Source of the DNA: Ascidiella aspersa
Taxonomy: Eukaryota
Direction of reading: 5' to 3'
Assembly (NCBI GenBank): GCA_963924565.1
Contig: OZ004612.1
Span: 26,846,001 to 26,910,000 of the forward strand
DNA: 64,000 nucleotides
Within the stretch, counting starts at the first letter, position 1. Every line of letters starts with the position of its first letter. Shown piece by piece: positions 60,521 through 64,000 of this stretch. The notes below the pieces were generated by a model. The model saw only the letters and a list, made by a program, of their open reading frames with translations, was not told the DNA's origin and did not search any database. A program made the translations under genes and the position numbers.

Positions 60521-62793
60521 TGGTTTAAACATAGTTCGTAGAACTGAACTTAAAAAAAAATAAGAACATCGCAACATATACAAAGCAAATTGTTTTATGT
60601 GCAAAAATTAGGATAAATGACTCAATCTTATAACAAATACTTAACGAAAACACTTTATTTCAACTCAAGTCATATATCTAATAAACTTATGTCAAGTAAT
60701 TTGTCATAATGACTTAAGCCAAGTCAAGTCATTTGTCTTAAAGGGTTGAGTCAAGTAGTCGTCCAAAAACAGTGATTAAAGTGTACATAAATCAAGTCGG
60801 TGACGTAAGTTATTACAGCGTCCTTCCGAACGAGAAGATGGCAGTTAAGCTAATGTACAAAAAAAGGGTGTACCTCGCGTGTGGCAAATGCATTTCGTTC
60901 AAAAACAATAAGACACCTTTTTACTTCATTAGCAGCTCACGTCAGTAAACGAACCGAGCCTAAGTCATGGCGAACGCGCGTCACAATGAACTGCTGGTAG
61001 TACAGAACTTGGCAGATCACGGTGAGGCAATGAGACGCAGTGACGCGCTGAAGCATTTCCCCAAGGCGAAAGAAAAATACGCCTGCTGAAAACGCCACTC
61101 AAGCAGTTCTAGAGGTCATCGCCGCTCAGTACATTCTGCAGCAAGCTGTCACAGCAAAACATATGCTTTCAATGAAATGCTTAAATTTTTGGATACAGGG
61201 CTATATAATGAATTGTAAAACGTCGCCCCAAGTGCTGGTCGCAGGTTTTAAATTGTATTTGATTTAGTGCTGGAACGTGAGAACATAATTTACGACAGAA
61301 AAAAATATGGCACTTGCGTTTGTTTTAGTTTAGACTCTGCTTCATAAAGCTGAAAGCTACATGCGTACGATTTGAAAGCTTTGCTTACCTCTAGGCTACT
61401 CTGACACATGAGCACAAGCTAAACGTACTACATGATTAAGCATTGTGGCTATGGGTGGGTAACATTGTAAAGTGACAAAGAGCGAATATAACCGATGGTA
61501 GACGCTATAATAAGTCATTTCATTCTTTAGCTGCTGACAATTCCGGAAAGCTGTTCTCTAGAATAACCTAGAGCCTTTGCCGAGCAGATATAAGTGTACT
61601 ACTGGTTAAGGACCACTGATATACAGACTTAGCAAAACGCCAAGAAATGTCGATTACCTTTGGCAAACAAACCAAACAATGGTAGCATTATAAGCAATTT
61701 TCGGGATTTTCTTTTGCGAATAGCGTGACCTTTGTTTCAACTATTGCGTAAATGCTGTAATGATTATACTCTAGGTACAACAATTTCATTCCACTATCAA
61801 ATAAATACGGAATTTGATAAGCTTAATCGCTGTTTTGAGTGTTGGATATAAAATATTCCCAAATAAGGTTTTGAATTTAAAGATGCAAGTAACGCGTCGG
61901 CCAAAACAAGTTGAAAATTCACGAAGCTCTTGATTGCGTTTGCATTGTCTTATCTTACACCCGAATAGAGACGGTTCGAAGACTATCAGGGTCATGTGGA
62001 ACAACTGTACGACCTCCAAAAAATCTGTACGGTATCATTTCTTATTGTTTGTGATATTTATCGAAATATACGGGAAGTTTTTCCGTCATAAGTGGACATT
62101 GCTTTTTCTGCTTTTAGAATGAAAAATTTTAATGACGCAAACAAACTTTAAACCGTGACTTTAGTAACTTGTATATGCTTTTGGAGCAAGTGTGGTTCTT
62201 GCCAATTTTTAAACATTCAGTATAGAAATATTAAAATTTTACCAAGTGGCACATGATTGAAATGTGGCTTTTTGTTATGTGCAATAAACCGCCCTTCAAA
62301 AAAAAAAAGGTTGTGAACCACTAGTATAGGTCATCAGCTGAAACGTGATGCTACCGGAAATCCCTATAGTTGGTTGCACTGGCATATGTCGGCGACCATA
62401 CGTTGCTTACAGCAATACAAGTCACGACTCCAGTCCAACGGCTGCTCTGTGACTTCAAGCGACATGACAAGCTGGTTTAAAAAAAAACAACTAAACAGCA
62501 CTTAACTCAAATAATCTTCTGAAAGCAAGTAGATTGGATAATACCAACACTTAAGCAAAACACATAAATTTCTGTTCACTGCGTATTTGACGTTTTGCCT
62601 TCAGTGGTTTGTCGAATATATTTAAACTATCCTAAAACACTCCTAAGCAACGAGCAGTTATCGAACTTTTTTAGATGAGCAAAGTTATGTGTGTGAGTGA
62701 GGAAATAACACATTTTTGCAACGTGTTGTTCATTGCGGTTAGTTAAGTAAAAAATGCGGCTCTTGGGCCATGACTGGTTTCCTGGTGTCTCGG

Positions 62794-63195
62794 CAGTGGC
62801 GTAGCCAGCCGAAAATTGGGGGGGGGGGGGGCAAAAAGTTTGGACTTATATGTTTAGCTTTTGTCATTGTAGTAACTCCTGTAACGAACACAAAAACAAT
62901 GCTAGCAAACCTTTTCGAGCAGCAACTGAATGAGTGTTAAACGCAATACCCAAAACTATTAAAAGAGCAAAAACTGTCTAAAAGTAGTAAAACTACATTA
63001 ATGTATAGCAAACGTAATATTAACTATAACGTTTGCGACGTTGCAATGCATGGCAATTAAAGGTGTTGTATGTCTGTGATCGAATGTTATGGTACTGCTC
63101 ATAAATGCTAAAAAAAAACAAATTATTAGGAATAAATTTGGGGGGGGGGGGGTGGAGCATGGCCCCTCAGTCAGCCCCCCCTGGCTACGCCTATG
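62794..63195. mobile_element. hAT-type MITE (GGCGTAGC family)
   Basis: Ends cagtggcgtagccag / ctggctacgcctatg; perfect TSD tgtctcgg; internal poly-G runs. Confidence 0.88.
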
Positions 63196-64000
63196 TGTCT
63201 CGGTGGCAATTAGTCACTCAGCCATATTCTCGAAAGTTTTTCTAGCTTTACCAGAGCGTACTTTCGGAAACGGGCTGCTTGTAAATCAACAAGGATGGCG
63301 GGTAAAACAAGTAACTACAATACTCGTCGCGCCAATCATATGACGGTCGCCTGTTAGCAGGCTTTAAGTTACCGCGACAACAATTATCAAAAGTATACGC
63401 CATAGCCACTGTAATAAATAGTTGACTAAATAAATAAAAATGAAGCAATGTGATACACGCCAAACTATTCACTACAGCATTTAAACGCTTTGCCTAAACC
63501 AAATTTGTTCAATCCTTTTTTATAGTTTGTTTTCATGAAACGTTTTAAACTAATGCAGGCGATTAACATAGTAGCAGCTAATTTACGGCGAGGTATAGTT
63601 AGGTAATTAGTCGATTTGTGTGTCGCAGACTAGATCGGGACACAATCCCCAAAGTAGCTGCTAAGGATAGGAATGACTTTACTTTCTCGAGCAAGACGTT
63701 TATTGGTCAGAACGATAATCAGTATACGGCAAATAGTGCTCGCATAAGGCTACAGCTTGTCTCTAACCAACGAGATTACAAATTGTGCTCAAAATACGTT
63801 CGATTCTCTAGGTATCCACCCGACGAATCCTGATGCAACACAACGCTATCCAAAACGAAATCGCACACAAAGATATCAGGCAGCGCTGAGAAAGGGGGGC
63901 TACGAAATTTATGATGTCAAGTTACTCGACCTTTTCAGCTTTAAGAATCATTACGTCACAAATTTAATTATTGTAGCCCTTTTGTGCCAAACGATTGAGC

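Larger units (their letters stand above)
53960..61680. repeat. Segmental (tandem) duplication, copy B
   Basis: Colinear and same orientation as 37960-44420, with different MITE insertions. Confidence 0.8.

Noticed and set aside
60176-60604. 142-aa minus ORF upstream of paralog B
   Set aside because: The equivalent region of copy A has indels and no matching frame; conservation looks regulatory rather than coding.

Overview
AT-rich, intron-rich animal genomic DNA; the compact genes, dense MITEs and abundant TGACGTCA motifs suggest an invertebrate chordate such as an ascidian, but this is inference. Left to right: (1) one exon of an inverted UNC-93-like paralog running off the left edge; (2) a complete 9-exon UNC-93-like MFS gene on + (1990-6940, ~516 aa); (3) a complete 32-coding-exon nucleoporin Nup155 gene on - (35303-8426, ~1422 aa), whose second coding intron is a U12-type (minor spliceosome) intron; (4) two tandem paralogs of an unrecognised ~1070-1090 aa Q-rich, probably nuclear protein (41782-38063 and 57711-54052) within a ~7 kb segmental duplication with conserved upstream blocks. 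Introns and intergenic DNA carry many hAT-type MITEs with 8-bp TSDs, a Penelope-like retroelement remnant, several minimal hammerhead-ribozyme motifs, and tRNA-like elements. All exon boundaries were read by hand and checked for GT-AG ends and phase continuity; no database searches were run.
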